DNA of 51,430 nt from Octopus sinensis (Eukaryota), in NCBI RefSeq assembly GCF_006345805.1, contig NW_021834962.1, forward strand, positions 1 to 51,430, given 5' to 3'. Shown here one piece after another: positions 23,763 through 35,869 of this stretch. The notes under the pieces are model-generated. The model saw only the letters and a list, made by a program, of their open reading frames with translations. It was not told where the DNA came from and did not search any database. Within the stretch, counting starts at the first letter, position 1. Every line of letters begins with the position of its first letter. The position numbers and the translations under genes are program-made.

Positions 23763-24050
23763 GTAATGCAAAAATGTGGAAGTCGAAACTGTCGAACATG
23801 CCCCAAACTGCATTTAAAACCAACTTTACTTGTGCTTTCGAGAATCTAATTTATGTTATAACATGTTCAGGGTGTGGACATATCTATGTAGGACAGACAC
23901 TTATGGCACTTAGACGGAGAATCCCACTTCATAAAGAACAGATCCATTTACCACAGTACAGATTCCTTTGAGTGAACACATAGAGAGATGGGCAGGTAAT
24001 GTCCAACTAATGTCCAGTGCAAAGAAACAATTTCTGTACACGAACGTTTA
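23763..24050 (+). mobile_element. Penelope-like (Neptune-type) GIY-YIG endonuclease fragment
   Basis: KCGSRNCRTC (CX4CX2C linker) then FTCAFENLIYVITCSGCGHIYVGQTLMALRRRIPLHKEQI..PLSEHI (GIY/YIG motifs with CCHH residues). Confidence 0.85.
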
Positions 24051-24074
24051 AATGAAGAAAATTTACATAGGATC

Positions 24075-24213
24075 AAAATGAAGTCCTCGGTGGGATAAGT
24101 TTTACACTCAAGGAGAATATCGAGGGATATTATAGAGGAGAGTACCCAAAGGTGGAAAAGCGCGGAATGATATACTTCCAGAAGGAGGGAAAAGGACATA
24201 AGACCACGCCTTG

Positions 24214-24291
<78 letters not shown>

Positions 24292-24707
24292 GAGATAGAC
24301 AAAAGATGGAAATGATACTCGGAGCTGGCCATGGATTCGGAAAGACTGTTAATATTTCCACTCAGGAAAACAACAAAAAACCTGGACTTAATACTATGGA
24401 ACACTAAACGAAAAGTTAGAATTTTGATTAAGCCGAGTGCCATGGGAAGAGAACATCTCTAACGCAGAATAACGGAATAAGAGGAGGTATGAAGGATTAA
24501 TCGAAGAATGTGTGGAACAGGGGTGGATTGTTGAGTATTACCACCTGGCAGTGGGAGGTTAGAAGCTTCATTGAAAGGAAAATGGCGACGTCAGTTTAAA
24601 GAAGTGATACAATTTCGAGCGCAGATCTGAGAAAACTAATGAGGATGCAAGAGGTAGCCGACAAGGCCAGCTTCTATATACGGCCGAAACGAGAAGATCC
24701 GAAATAG
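24075..24707 (+). mobile_element. HERO-like RLE non-LTR retrotransposon C-terminal fragment, interrupted by (TA)n at 24217-24290
   Basis: LIFP..LDLILWNTKRKVRILI..VPWEENISNAE*RNKRRYEGLIEECVEQGWIVEYYHLAVGG..EVADKASFYIRPKREDPK* follows the PD..ELTVPWEE..K..KY..GW..VG pattern. Confidence 0.75.
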
Positions 24708-25668
24708 CTCGAAAGCCCTAATATGCCGACTGGGAAATAGCCTCGCTAGGTGAGGCTGGCTGGCACTTAACGTTACTGCTTGACAGGTGGGCCGAGAGAA
24801 CCACCTCGTTCATCGCGCGCCCTCTTCCCCAATAGTTCGAAGGCTGGTACCACCAGAGAGCTAGTGGGCTCTGGCTGCTGTAGCTGAAAATAATACGACT
24901 CTGTGGGAAGGTAGATCTAAAGAGGGTGCAGGCTAAAACTACGGGCCCTTCCCCTGCATTGGTGAGTTGAAACCTAGCTGGCAATGGCTGCTGGCGCCTA
25001 CCGGCAAGTATTAAAATCAGATTTGCCAGGATGGGATTCATTGGCGCTGCATCGAAGAAACCAAAGAACAAAAAGCCAAAGAAATAAAAACGCACTCAAT
25101 ACCAGAGCTGAAGACACCTCCAAAAGGGGTGGCCACCACGTCGAGAATGGTAGAAATGTAGGGGCCGAAACCAGACATGTTTCCACCTGGTGATGTCTTT
25201 AGCCAATGGATCCTATAAAGGACCTGTTGAAGTAGCGAACGACGAAACTTTGGAATTGCTATCGGAAAATACAGAACACGCCTAAAAATGAACGCATAAA
25301 CAACTTTGGTCACACTATATATCTTAATTCATGATCATCTCACTACTTTAGCTTTTCGGTTTTTACATATTTATTTACACCCCACCCCCACGCACACACA
25401 CACACAAATGAACAATTACCTCCACTGTCCCGAATAATAAAGATCACCAATTATCTCTCCTAAGATTTTTCTACCTGTTGATTCATTTCATTCAGAAACT
25501 CCTTTACACAACATGAACTAGGATCTTCTTAAGAAAATACGAAATTATGAATAATTTCAATGACATGATTAGCGAAAGCGAAACCGGTCGACGAAAAAAA
25601 CTCTTTCACTTGTCAGATATATCAAAAAACATATTAACTCTATGTAAACTGTGTGCATTTTTCTTCTT

Positions 25669-25713
<45 letters not shown>

Positions 25714-25756
25714 ACATACATATACATATATACGTACGTGTATATATATATGCATG

Positions 25757-25796
<40 letters not shown>

Positions 25797-25801
25797 CGTG
25801 C

Positions 25802-25835
<34 letters not shown>

Positions 25836-25865
25836 TATATATGTGTGTATGTATGTATGTATATG

Positions 25866-25896
<31 letters not shown>

Positions 25897-25897
25897 C

Positions 25898-26037
25898 AAC
25901 TTATAAATAAGGGCAAACGAAAAAATTCTCATGCCAAATATGCCGAAAAATTAGACATATTGTCCATTACCATATATGTCCAATTTTTCGGCATATTTGG
26001 CATTAGAAAGTTTTTCGTTTGCCCTTATTTATAAGTT
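25898..26037. repeat. 140-bp near-perfect hairpin (~63-bp arms, ~13-nt loop), MITE-like
   Basis: AACTTATAAATAAGGGCAAACGAAAAAATTCTCATGCCAAATATGCCGAAAAATTAGACATAT and its reverse complement with only a few mismatches. Confidence 0.9.
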
Positions 26038-26123
26038 TATAATTTTAACCTTTAAAGGTATTTTTAATATGCTGGCCATTGATAAAAAAATTTTTCTGGA
26101 AAAAAAATTGTATCCTACATTAA

Positions 26124-26154
<31 letters not shown>

Positions 26155-26155
<1 letters not shown>

Positions 26156-27111
26156 TGGATCATCCCATAAATAATGCGAATTTTTAAATAGTTCTTTTAT
26201 TTTTTAAAATTAAGATAAACAAAATTCTTTTTTTTAATCTAAAATATACTGTCCTTCATTTTTTACAATACTCTTCCATCTATCCGTTAAACTTGCAATG
26301 ACCCTCTTCAAAAATTCACTTGTCCGTGACAAAAAGTACTCCTCCAATAATATTCCGACCTCGTCTACAGAATTCATATTGCTTCCGTCCAAATGATTTT
26401 GAAGACAGCGAAATAAATGATAATCAAATGGAGCAGTGTCAGGTGAATATGGTAGGTGGGACATCGTTTCCCATTCAAACTGCTCCAGTCTTTTGAATGT
26501 AATCCTTGCTGTATGTGGCCGAGCATTACCCTGATGGAAGAACACCTTTCGTCTTGAAACCAAAGATGGTCGTTTTTCTTTTAGCACTGATTTAAGCCGT
26601 TCTAATTGCTCGCAGTAGACCTCCTTTGTTATCGTTTGGTTTGGGTTTAAAAGTTCAAGGTGGAGTAAACCTTTCTTATCCCACCAAACAGATAACAACA
26701 CTTCACGTGCGTGAAGACCTTCTTTAGCCTGGGGTGCCGGTGTTTCTCCTCTCCCTACCCACTGTCTTTTATATAGACTCCATTTCTCGTCACCAGTCAC
26801 AATTCGGTTCTAAAAGGTTCAATCGTGAGACGTTACGGCAGAAAAGATCAGATATTCATTCTCTGCACGCGATTAGACTCGGAAAGTTTGTGAGGAACCC
26901 AATGACCCAATTTTCTTACTTTAAAATATGGCGGATATGCTCCTTTGTTACTTTCATTACAGCTTTGAAAAAAATCGATCTGTTCTCTTCAAAATTTGCA
27001 TTAAGAATAAGTACAAGATAAAAATTATTACCTGCTTTTATTGCATGTTGATACACGTAGGTTTATCCCACCTCTGCCCAACTTTTAGTTCATGCGTTTG
27101 AAAAACCGCAT
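26155..27111 (-). mobile_element. Mariner (DD34D) element with internal deletion of the HTH region
   Basis: 3' TIR TTGGATCATCCCATAAATAATGCG after TA; partial 5' TIR AAAAACCGCAT; N-terminus MKVTKEHIRHIL (ATG at 26957) joined directly to KLGHWVPHKL; catalytic domain follows. Confidence 0.9.
26234..26800 (-). pseudogene. Mariner transposase catalytic-domain remnant (188 aa open)
   Basis: TGDEKW, HQGNARPH (second catalytic D replaced by G), YSPDTAPFDYHLF; upstream frameshifts and deletion. Confidence 0.9.
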
Positions 27112-27150
27112 ACACATACACACACATATATATATGTGTATGTGTGTGCG

Positions 27151-27181
<31 letters not shown>

Positions 27182-28480
27182 GGGGGAGATAGGTTATGTA
27201 TTTATATGAGTTTGTATGTATATATAGGGCATATATCTATGATTGTATTCATATGTATATAATATGTATTAGTTTATACATATATTATATATGAGTGTAT
27301 GTATATGTATATATAAATTCATATATCTATATATATTCTTTCTCTATTGGCAATAAATCTTGAAATAAACTGAATAAAGACATACATCCATACATGCAAA
27401 AATCTGCAAGACCTTAAGATTTAAAAGGTAAGGAAGAAACCAATATTGTTCCCTTCACAACCTTGTTACCACGTAGGTGGCCTGTCAAAATTTATTTAAA
27501 TCAGAAAGAGAAAGAAAACAACGTAAATAATACATACATACATACATACATATATACATACATACATACATACATACATACATACATACATGAATTAATT
27601 AATTGAGTGAAATAAATTGCTCATGGATTAGACATATGTACGCTTAGCAAAACACCCGAACTGTTTCCTAAGCACCAAAGGCATTTTAATGTCTTGTCCA
27701 TAACAATTAATCTATCGTTAATAAACACTTCGATTTGATTGAGAAACAATCCCTCAGCATCACACTACAACCACAAGCTCACAGATACGATGATTCTTCT
27801 ACTGGTACTACTACCCAGTCTGTTTTGCTGATCTAACCGCATGACATACCTCGCTGCCCGAGCCTAACCGCCTCACTTGTACATCGTTACCTCATCATCT
27901 TTCTGCGTTTCAAACATAAACTTTGCAACATTCTTGTGGTTCTGACACCGAAAAGAAATATTTGAAATTCTTTTCTCACGCAATTTTCCCACAGATCTTA
28001 AAGTAACTTAAAATAGAAAATAAATTTATTGCTTTAAATAGTCTGAGAGAAGCCTAGATACATCACGATCGTGTTTTTTCTTATCTAAAACCACTTAATT
28101 GAATATATAATTAACACAGGAATGATTAAGCCCTATTAAGCATTTCTGGTCGTAGTACTATGAAAGGTTATAAATATACGATATTTGATACCGTAACCAA
28201 AACATGAATTAATTAACTTTAATAAATAATTCATTAAATGTGGCACTTTCGTTACAACGACGGACAACGTTTTCATTGGCTCCGGAACAGATTGTGCACA
28301 GGATACAAATGCAACCCCTAATTTTTTAGGTGGATGGAGGGCAATGAAAACGCTTTGAACATCCTCCTGGAAAACTTAATTTGCAAAATGAACGAGTATA
28401 GAAATAGTTTTCGATTGATTCGAAATATTACTTCTCTTTTATTTGAGTAATCTGATTTGACTGGCGTACAAGTATAATAA

Positions 28481-28779
28481 TCTATTCTACTATAGGCACA
28501 AGGCTTGAAATTTGAGACTGGGTGACTAGACGATTACATCAACCCCAGTGTTTCACTGGTTTTTAATTTGTCGACCCTGAAAGGATAAAAGTTAAAGTCA
28601 ACCTCGACAGAATTTGAACCTAGAAATTAAAGACAGATGAAATGCTGCTTAGCATTTCACCAGATGAGCTAACGATTCTGCCTGCTCGCTGCAAGGGCAG
28701 TAATTTTGGGGGAGGTGATGAATATACTACATCAACCCCAATGTTTCACTGGTACTTAATTTATCAAGTCCGCCGCCTT
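28481..28779 (-). mobile_element. Older SINE-B copy with partial duplication
   Basis: TATAGGCACAAGG tail, B core, head remnant CGCCGCCTT. Confidence 0.7.
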
Positions 28780-28805
28780 GATGTACAACTATAATAACGA
28801 TGATA

Positions 28806-29430
28806 ATTACCTCCGCCAAAGAAGGAGATTATGTTTTCATCGTCGGTGGTTTGTCCGTCTGTCCGTTTCTGTGCAAAATAACTCAAAAGGTTGAGAGCGG
28901 TATTTGACGAAACTTGCAGGAAAAGTTGGTAATGACATAAGGAACAGATAATGATATTTTGGTAGTGATCCGAGTATTTTTATGGATTCTTGAAGGATTT
29001 TTCATTTGTTATATTTACTTTACATGAAGTATTAGTTACGTTCTTTGATTATCTCCCTTAAAAACACGTTCATCGTTTCAACGTCACCTATGGTGGCGTT
29101 GCTGTTTCCAAAGTTTATTTTCGTTTCTCCATTAGTAATTTTACTCGCGTATCTATCGTAAAACTCAAGTTTCAGGTAATTGTTTCTTTTTAGTTGTATG
29201 GGGAAACTAGCTTGGTGTTGTCATTGATATATTATAACTGCTTCAGATGATTCCTGTTTTTAAAGGATTTTTTTTAATCATATGGCTGTTATTCCTTTTT
29301 TAACCCCGCCAAGGAGGTTATGTTTTTGCCGGCGTTGGTTTGGGAAATTGGGCGATTTTCAGCATGCGTGTATATGGGTGGAAATGAGCTGCTTGGCGGT
29401 GGTCTGCGCTTTCCGAGTGTTTCTCTAGTT
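28806..29430 (+). mobile_element. Helentron-associated (HINE/DINE-1-like) non-autonomous element, with a second start at ~29302
   Basis: 5' ATTACCTCCGCCAA..GGAG.TTATGTTTTC; subterminal IRs CCGCCAAG / CTTGGCGG; 3' GCGCTTTCCGAGTGTTTCTCTAGTT; short GTCC/GTCT repeat near the 5' end. Confidence 0.6.
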
Positions 29431-29460
29431 ATTATTATCATACCTGTGTTGGCTCTGATA

Positions 29461-30076
29461 TTCTTTTCTATTCTAGGTACAAAGCCCGAAATTTTGGGGG
29501 AGGGGACAGTCGATTAGATCGACCCCAGTACGCAACTGGTACTTAATTTATCGACCCCGAATGTATGAAAAGCAAAGTTGACCTCGGCGGAATGTGATCT
29601 CAGAACGTAAAGACAGACGAAATACCCCTAAGCATTTCGCCCAGCGTACTAACATTTCTTATGTCTTTATTGTCCACAAGGGGCTAAACATAGAGGGGTC
29701 AAACAAGGACAGACAAACGGATTAAGTCGATTATATCGACCCCAGTGCGTAACTGGTACTTAATTTATCGAACCCGAAAGGATGAAATGCAAAGTCGACC
29801 TCGGCAGAATTTGAACTCAGAATATAACGGCAGACGAAATACCTATTTCTTTAATACCCACAAGGAGCTAAACACAGAGAGGACAAACAAGGACAGACAA
29901 ACGAACTAAGTCGATTATATCGACACTAGTGCGTAACTGGTACTTAATTTATCGACCCCGAAAGGATGAAAGGCAAAGTCGACCTCGGCGGAATTTGAAC
30001 CCAGACCGTAACGGCAGACGAAATACTGCTAAGTATTTCGCCCGGCGTGCTAACCTTTCTGCCAGCTCGTCGCCTT
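29461..30076 (-). mobile_element. SINE-B trimer
   Basis: Three B cores; junctions at 29842/29843 (type 1) and 29658/29659 (type 2). Confidence 0.9.
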
Positions 30077-30914
30077 ATGTTGGTTCTCATATTAAGAATG
30101 AAAAAATCGACAGCGACTACAAGTCTTTGTAAATCCTCATAACTTTAAATTTGTAAGCTGTGAACACGATTTTATTTGCTTTCGGATAATGCGAAGCAGC
30201 ATTTAGCTTTGATATCATCACTTATATTTACATAATGGCATAAGTTCGTGAACGGTTTTAAGACTTTAAATCTGAATATGTTATGTTACAATATTCTATG
30301 AGATGAAAATAGTTAAGGCTAAATGAAGAGATTATAGTACTTCAATGGCTCTTTCTTCATTCTTGTATCTACCTAACAAAAGAGAAAAACAAATCAATTT
30401 ACGTTGATCTACTCAGGACTTGAACACTGAACCACAACTACAGAACCGGAGCTAAATATCGCTCGACATTTTGTCTGATCATCTAACATTCTTGTCAGGA
30501 GACGTTCTGGCTACGAAAAATTAAAATTTCTAAAATCAAATCTAGTAAAGAACTGAATCATTTGTTACCAATAATTGTAACTCACCGTCCATTATTACAA
30601 TTTCAATAGAAATCTGGAACCTAACCTAAATATAGAAATTTAGTACAAAGGGTCACGTGTCTTTAAAATATAGTTCTATGTTAATTTTACGTTTTTTAAA
30701 TGCACTACAGAAAATTAACACATCGAAAAGAGATGCCCCCCACACACACACATTAACTTACACACACACACAAACACACACAGATATACAGTAAAACTAA
30801 TTTTCTGTTATTTTCTATTCCAATCTCATATGTGTGACAGGGTATGCCCATGAGTGTGTGTGTGTGGTGCCCATATATATATGTATGTGTGTGTGTGATT
30901 GTGTGCGTGCACGT

Positions 30915-31437
30915 GTATACATAAATACATACATACATACATACATTCATACATACATACACACCCTCGCATCACATATATATGCATATTTGTGTGCTGT
31001 GTGTATATCAGTACGCATGTGTACACACACAAACACATTTATACATGTATACATACATACATACATATATACATACATACATACATACATACATACATAC
31101 ATACACACATGCACACCATACATGTATACATACGTTTATATTTACATACATACACACATACATACACATACATACACATGCATACATACACACATACAAA
31201 CATACACACACATAGAGAGACTTACAAACATACATACATACATGCATCCATACATAAATGCATACATACATACATACTTACATACATACACATACATACA
31301 TGCATACATACATACATACATACATACATACATACATACATACATACATACATACATACATACATGCATACATACATACATACATACATAGAACATACAT
31401 ACATACATACATACATACATACATACATACATGCATA
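30915..31437. repeat. (TACA)n-rich microsatellite, ~520 bp
   Basis: Direct inspection; source of the HTYI/MYVC ORFs. Confidence 0.95.
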
Positions 31438-31971
31438 CCTTTAAAAAAAACACAAGTGGAAAATGAATCTCATTGCTTTCTTTATATGCCGTTGCTACAT
31501 TCCTCCATCCAAAACAGAACCAATTATTGAATGAAAACATTAAAACATGAAAGCATTTAAAAGAATGTAAAATAAAAATAGAAATGCTATTTAAAACGCA
31601 AGCAACAACAATAGCAATTAAAAATAGTCCAAAGAATGGCAATCATTTTAAGCAGAAACTAATTATTATAAAATGTTTTACGTCTGATATAGACTGTGAG
31701 TCTATGTATTTTTAAAGATGATAGTTTTGATGTGATTGGCTCGTTTACTTGACAATTAAACATAGCGAGCGTTGGGAAGTGATAGCAATGTTAGGGTTCT
31801 CCGTAGATTTCGGCGATGTTCAGTCGGGTCATACAGTTTTGGTGAATAGATTAAATCAGTGTTTCTCAACCACTTTTACTTTTTTCTTTTTTGGCTTATA
31901 GACCCCTTTGTTTTGAATCTTACTTGGATGCACCATAATAGTTTTTAAAGTTTTTAAAAATCATGTCATAG

Positions 31972-32490
31972 GTGCAGCGTAGCTGTGTGGTAAGAAATTG
32001 GCTTTCTAACCTTGGGCAAGGTAACAGCGGTTTGAACAAAAGAACGATACAATTACCATCTTGTTTGCACAGAGTTAAATGTCTTTTGTGTTAATACCAA
32101 CCTCCATGAATTTAGGTCTTGTTCAGGAAGTAAAAATTTTGGTTTTGAAAATTAAAGGGTACAAAACACTCACATACATACAATGTTTTTACAGTAATTC
32201 TAACTGTAGCCTTGGACCGACCAAAGCTTTGTGAATGGATTTGGGAGACGGAAACTGAAGGAAGACCGTCGTGTGTGTGTGTGTGTGTTTATGTCTATGT
32301 TTAATTCCCTGCTACCACTTGACAACCGGTGTGTGTTTATGCTCCCGTAACTTAGCGGTTTAGCAAAGGTGACCTATAGAAGACATACTAGGCTTAACAA
32401 ATAAAAATGCCACGAGATTGAATTTATTCTACTAAAACCCTTCAGGCGGTGCCCCAGTATGGACGCAGTGAAATCACTCTCCAACAAGTA
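31972..32490 (+). mobile_element. SINE family A, degenerate, split by ~180 bp of unrelated sequence
   Basis: Head GTAGCTGTGTGGTAAG..CCTTGGGCAAG; body resumes at about 32205 with TAGCCTTGGACCGACCAAAGC. Confidence 0.7.
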
Positions 32491-32589
32491 AATATTAAAT
32501 ATTATTAGAAACAGTATTTTAAAAAATTGTTAAAATATCTTGTGCATTTTAGAAGTATAACCAATTTATTTCAGATAATTTTTAACAAC

Positions 32590-32630
32590 AACCGTCCAAC
32601 ACATGCTAGCATGGAGAACGGACGTTAAAC

Positions 32631-32661
<31 letters not shown>
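32590..32661 (+). mobile_element. Probable retroelement 3' end with (GAT)n tail (RTE-like)
   Basis: ACCGTCCAACACATGCTAGCATGGAGAACGGACGTTAAAC forms a stem-loop (CGTCC/GGACG) followed by (GAT)n. Confidence 0.45.
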
Positions 32662-32663
<2 letters not shown>

Positions 32664-33393
32664 TATCTTATATGGAGTCCCAAGTGTCACGTGGACCCCG
32701 GTTGAGGACTACAGGATTAAAATGAATTACTCCTCGGTAAATAACCACGACACATTGTATGCGAGAAATCCCACAGGACCACCACTACCGCTACCACCAC
32801 TGCTACCACTGCCACCACCCTGTACGTTTCTATCAGATTTGAGAGCCCAAGTCAAGGCAAGCATACTGTACTAAACATAAACAGAATTAAACTGTTGGAA
32901 ACGCAATCGTTTGCGATGCAAATCAAATAACAATTTAAAAGAAACCAAAAAACGAACTGAGAAAAATCTAATGGCTGAAAAATCTGTTGCTCATTAACCA
33001 AATACTAATTAAAAATAAACTAGGCACTAAAATATTAAATGAAATCAAAAATGATAAATTAGGAATCATTTAATGACTAACTGGTACTCCAAAGTATTGC
33101 TCTGAAGCTGTTGTTCATTAAACACAGTTGATGCTGTAATGATAATTCCTAATTTTCATACAAGGCAATGCATTTTAGGAGAGAGGGGCAGTTACTAACA
33201 TGGACACCAAGACAGGACTGGTACTTATCCGTGGGTAAAAGCCAAAGAGAACGCAAAACAGGAAAGGAATACACAGACATGACCAAAGTAAATAGACACC
33301 CCATAAAACATTGTTTTATGTTTATTCTAACTGGCAAAAGTTTATATTTTTTATATTATCTTTTATATTATGTTTTATATTATTACTTCTGTC

Positions 33394-33823
33394 GGATCTT
33401 TTCGGTTTGAACGGCAGTTTTTTCTAGCGGTGTCATATGAAATTGTCACCCATAATTATGACCCTAGAATCGATCATTGCATTTCAATCTCTTTTAGGGT
33501 TAGGGTTAGTTAGGGTTAGGGTTAGGGGTGGTGGAAGGGTATCTTTTTTTCTTCACAAATGTAAATAAATCCAATCTGTTTCTTAAACGAGGGACATATT
33601 CATACGGCACAGAATGCTTCTTAACTCAATAGACATCACTGATTGGTTGAAATTGCAGAAATTGAAGAAAAATACAACAAATATCTTACAAACTATAGAA
33701 TTTTCTCAATAAAGCCAAGAGAAAAATATGTTTTATAAACACATTATACCAGTATACGAAGTTTAAAATTTTTTAGTTACCTAGAAATTATGTAAAAAAC
33801 TGTCGTTCAAACCGAAAAGATCC
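33394..33823. mobile_element. 430-bp MITE with ~30-bp TIRs, 8-bp TSD and internal TTAGGG repeats (Merlin- or hAT-type)
   Basis: TIRs GGATCTTTTCGGTTTGAACGGCAGTTTTTT / AAAAAACTGTCGTTCAAACCGAAAAGATCC; TSD CTTCTGTC at 33386-33393 and 33824-33831; TTAGGG units at 33494-33527. Confidence 0.9.
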
Positions 33824-33981
33824 CTTCTGTCATGTCTGTGTATATATAGAAAGGACGAAATGCAAAGGTGACCTCTACTTTGATTTGATCTCAGGCTCAG
33901 AAGAAATATAGGAAATACTTTGATACGCCAAAGATTCTGCCAATTGCTTTCACTTAATATCTTTATTATAAGCGCTACGGG

Positions 33982-34270
33982 AAGGCGGCAAGCTGACAGA
34001 ATAGTTAGCCACGCCAGGCAAGAAATGCCGACCAGCATTTTCCTCTGTCTTCACTTTCTCAGTTCGAATTCCATCGAGGTCGACTTTGCTTTTCATATTT
34101 TGGGGGATCGATAAATTAAATACCAAATGAGCAAGAAGTCGATAAAATTGACTTACTCCCGACCCTGGAATTGTTGGTCTTCATCCAAAATTTAAAATCA
34201 TTATAAGGGTTACGTTAAGGAGACTAACTAGCAAAATCGTCAGCACGCCAGGAAATATGCTTCGGTGCCC
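33982..34270 (+). mobile_element. Older SINE-B copy plus a second head fragment
   Basis: AAGGCGGCAAGCTGACAG head, GAGGTCGACTTTGCTTTTCAT core. Confidence 0.7.
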
Positions 34271-34519
34271 CACGTTTATATATATATATATATATATATT
34301 TAACAATTAAGGATAACTTCTTAATAAGGAATCTTAACAAGAAATTATCAGGTAGATAGCGTGAAAAACCTCATAAGAGAAAAAATTCGAAAATATTTTT
34401 TTTCTTTTGAACATATTAATTTATATTATATAGAGGGCATTATTACACATAAATGCCTCACACTAAGAGGGACATAAGTCATTTCTACCAGAAATTTCAC
34501 TATATATATATATATATTT

Positions 34520-34680
34520 AAGACGGGCTCCTTTTAGTTTCCCCGCAAACAAATCCAATCAGAAAGCTTTGGTCGGCCCGAAGCTAGAGTAGAAGATATT
34601 TATTCAAGGTGCCATGTACTTGGACTGAACCTGGAATCGTATGGTAGGGAAGTAAACTTCTTACCGCACCAACACCTGTA
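34520..34680 (-). mobile_element. SINE family A, 5' half
   Basis: GACGGGCTCC..GCTTTGGTCGGCCCGAAGCTAGAGTAGAAGA..GGACTGAACC. Confidence 0.75.
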
Positions 34681-34684
34681 TATT

Positions 34685-35097
34685 ATTCTTTTCTACTCTA
34701 GGCACAAGGCCCAAAATTTGGTGGGAGAGGAGCCAGTTGAGGAGATCGACCCATGAACGCAACTGGCACTTAATTTATCGAACCCGAAAGTATGAAATTC
34801 GGCGGAATTTGAACTCAGAACGAAGCGACAGACGAAATGCATCTAACTATTTTGCCCGGCGTGCTAACGTTTCTTATTTCTTTATTGCCCACAAGGGGCT
34901 AAACATAGAGGGGACAAACGAGGACAAAAGGATTAAGTCGATTACATCGACCCCAGTGCGTAACTGGTACTTGATTTACCGACCCCGAAAGTATGAAAGG
35001 CAAAATCGACCTCTGCGGAATTTGAACTTAGAGCGTAAAAAAAAACAGACGAAATACATCTAAGCATTTCGCCCGATGTGCTAACGTTTCTGCCAGC
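34685..35097 (-). mobile_element. SINE-B dimer
   Basis: Junction at 34873/34874 (minus strand GAAATAA/GAAACGTTAGC, type 2). Confidence 0.9.
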
Positions 35098-35367
35098 AAA
35101 ACGACTTAGCGCCTATACATTATTCTTAAGCAATAATGCTATTGACGGTGACTTCGTACGTAATTTCGACCAGCCGAGCCACTGTCAAACGATGGCTTCA
35201 CTGCACGAAACATCGATGTCCCTCAATCAATAATTTCTTGATTAAGGGTAATAAAGTTGTATTCTAAATTATTATAGAGGAACCCATCAGATGAATGTAA
35301 AGTTTTATTATTATAAGAGAGCATAAAAACAAGCAATACATACGCGCGTGCGCACAAACCCGCACAG

Positions 35368-35431
<64 letters not shown>

Positions 35432-35525
35432 ATCAGAACGAATACTGTAAGTTAATTAAGCTTCCCATGATATATCCGCTTTAAGTATGATATACAGATT
35501 CATATATATATATATATATATATAG

Positions 35526-35760
35526 ATTAATTATTATATAGAAGGAGCTTCTACAGGACTAGAACTGTTTCTTCAAGAAAATCTTCAGGAAGCTAGTTAA
35601 CAAGAATTGTATTGGCATTTATACATTTAGGCAGGTTTAACGGGGTGTTTGGTGGGGGACTTTTTTGGGGGTAGGCATAGCGCAAAATATCATACTTGGG
35701 GGGAGTGGTCAAGGATTCAGTGTTAAATTGATAGAAGAATAAATAAAAATAAAAAAATAA
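35526..35760 (-). mobile_element. pLTR-like repeat arm, inverted partner of 38437-38659
   Basis: The reverse complement aligns with high identity: CCTTGACCACTCCCCCAAGTATGAT.TTTTGCGCTATGCCTACCCCCAAAAAAGTCCCC..GTTAAACCTGCCTAAATGTAT. Confidence 0.8.
35546..35594 (-). ncRNA. Type I hammerhead ribozyme motif (family H4)
   Basis: AGCTTC-CTGAAGA-TTTTCTTGAA-GAAA-CAG-TTCTAGTC-CTG-TA-GAAGCT: 6-bp stem I, 4-bp stem III, GUA site, weak stem II. Confidence 0.7.
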
Positions 35761-35869
35761 AACAATAAAAAAATAAAATAATAAAATAAAAAACCTATAA
35801 AAAAAACTATATATAAAAAAAAAGGGGGAATAGAGTTTTAGGTAAATAAGGAGATTCTCACTTATACCT

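Noticed and set aside
25105-25185. CTGAAGA..GAAAC as a large hammerhead
   Set aside because: No NUH site closing stem III, and no stem I.
33494-33527. TTAGGG run as a telomere or chromosome-fusion relic
   Set aside because: It is short and internal to a TIR/TSD-bounded MITE.
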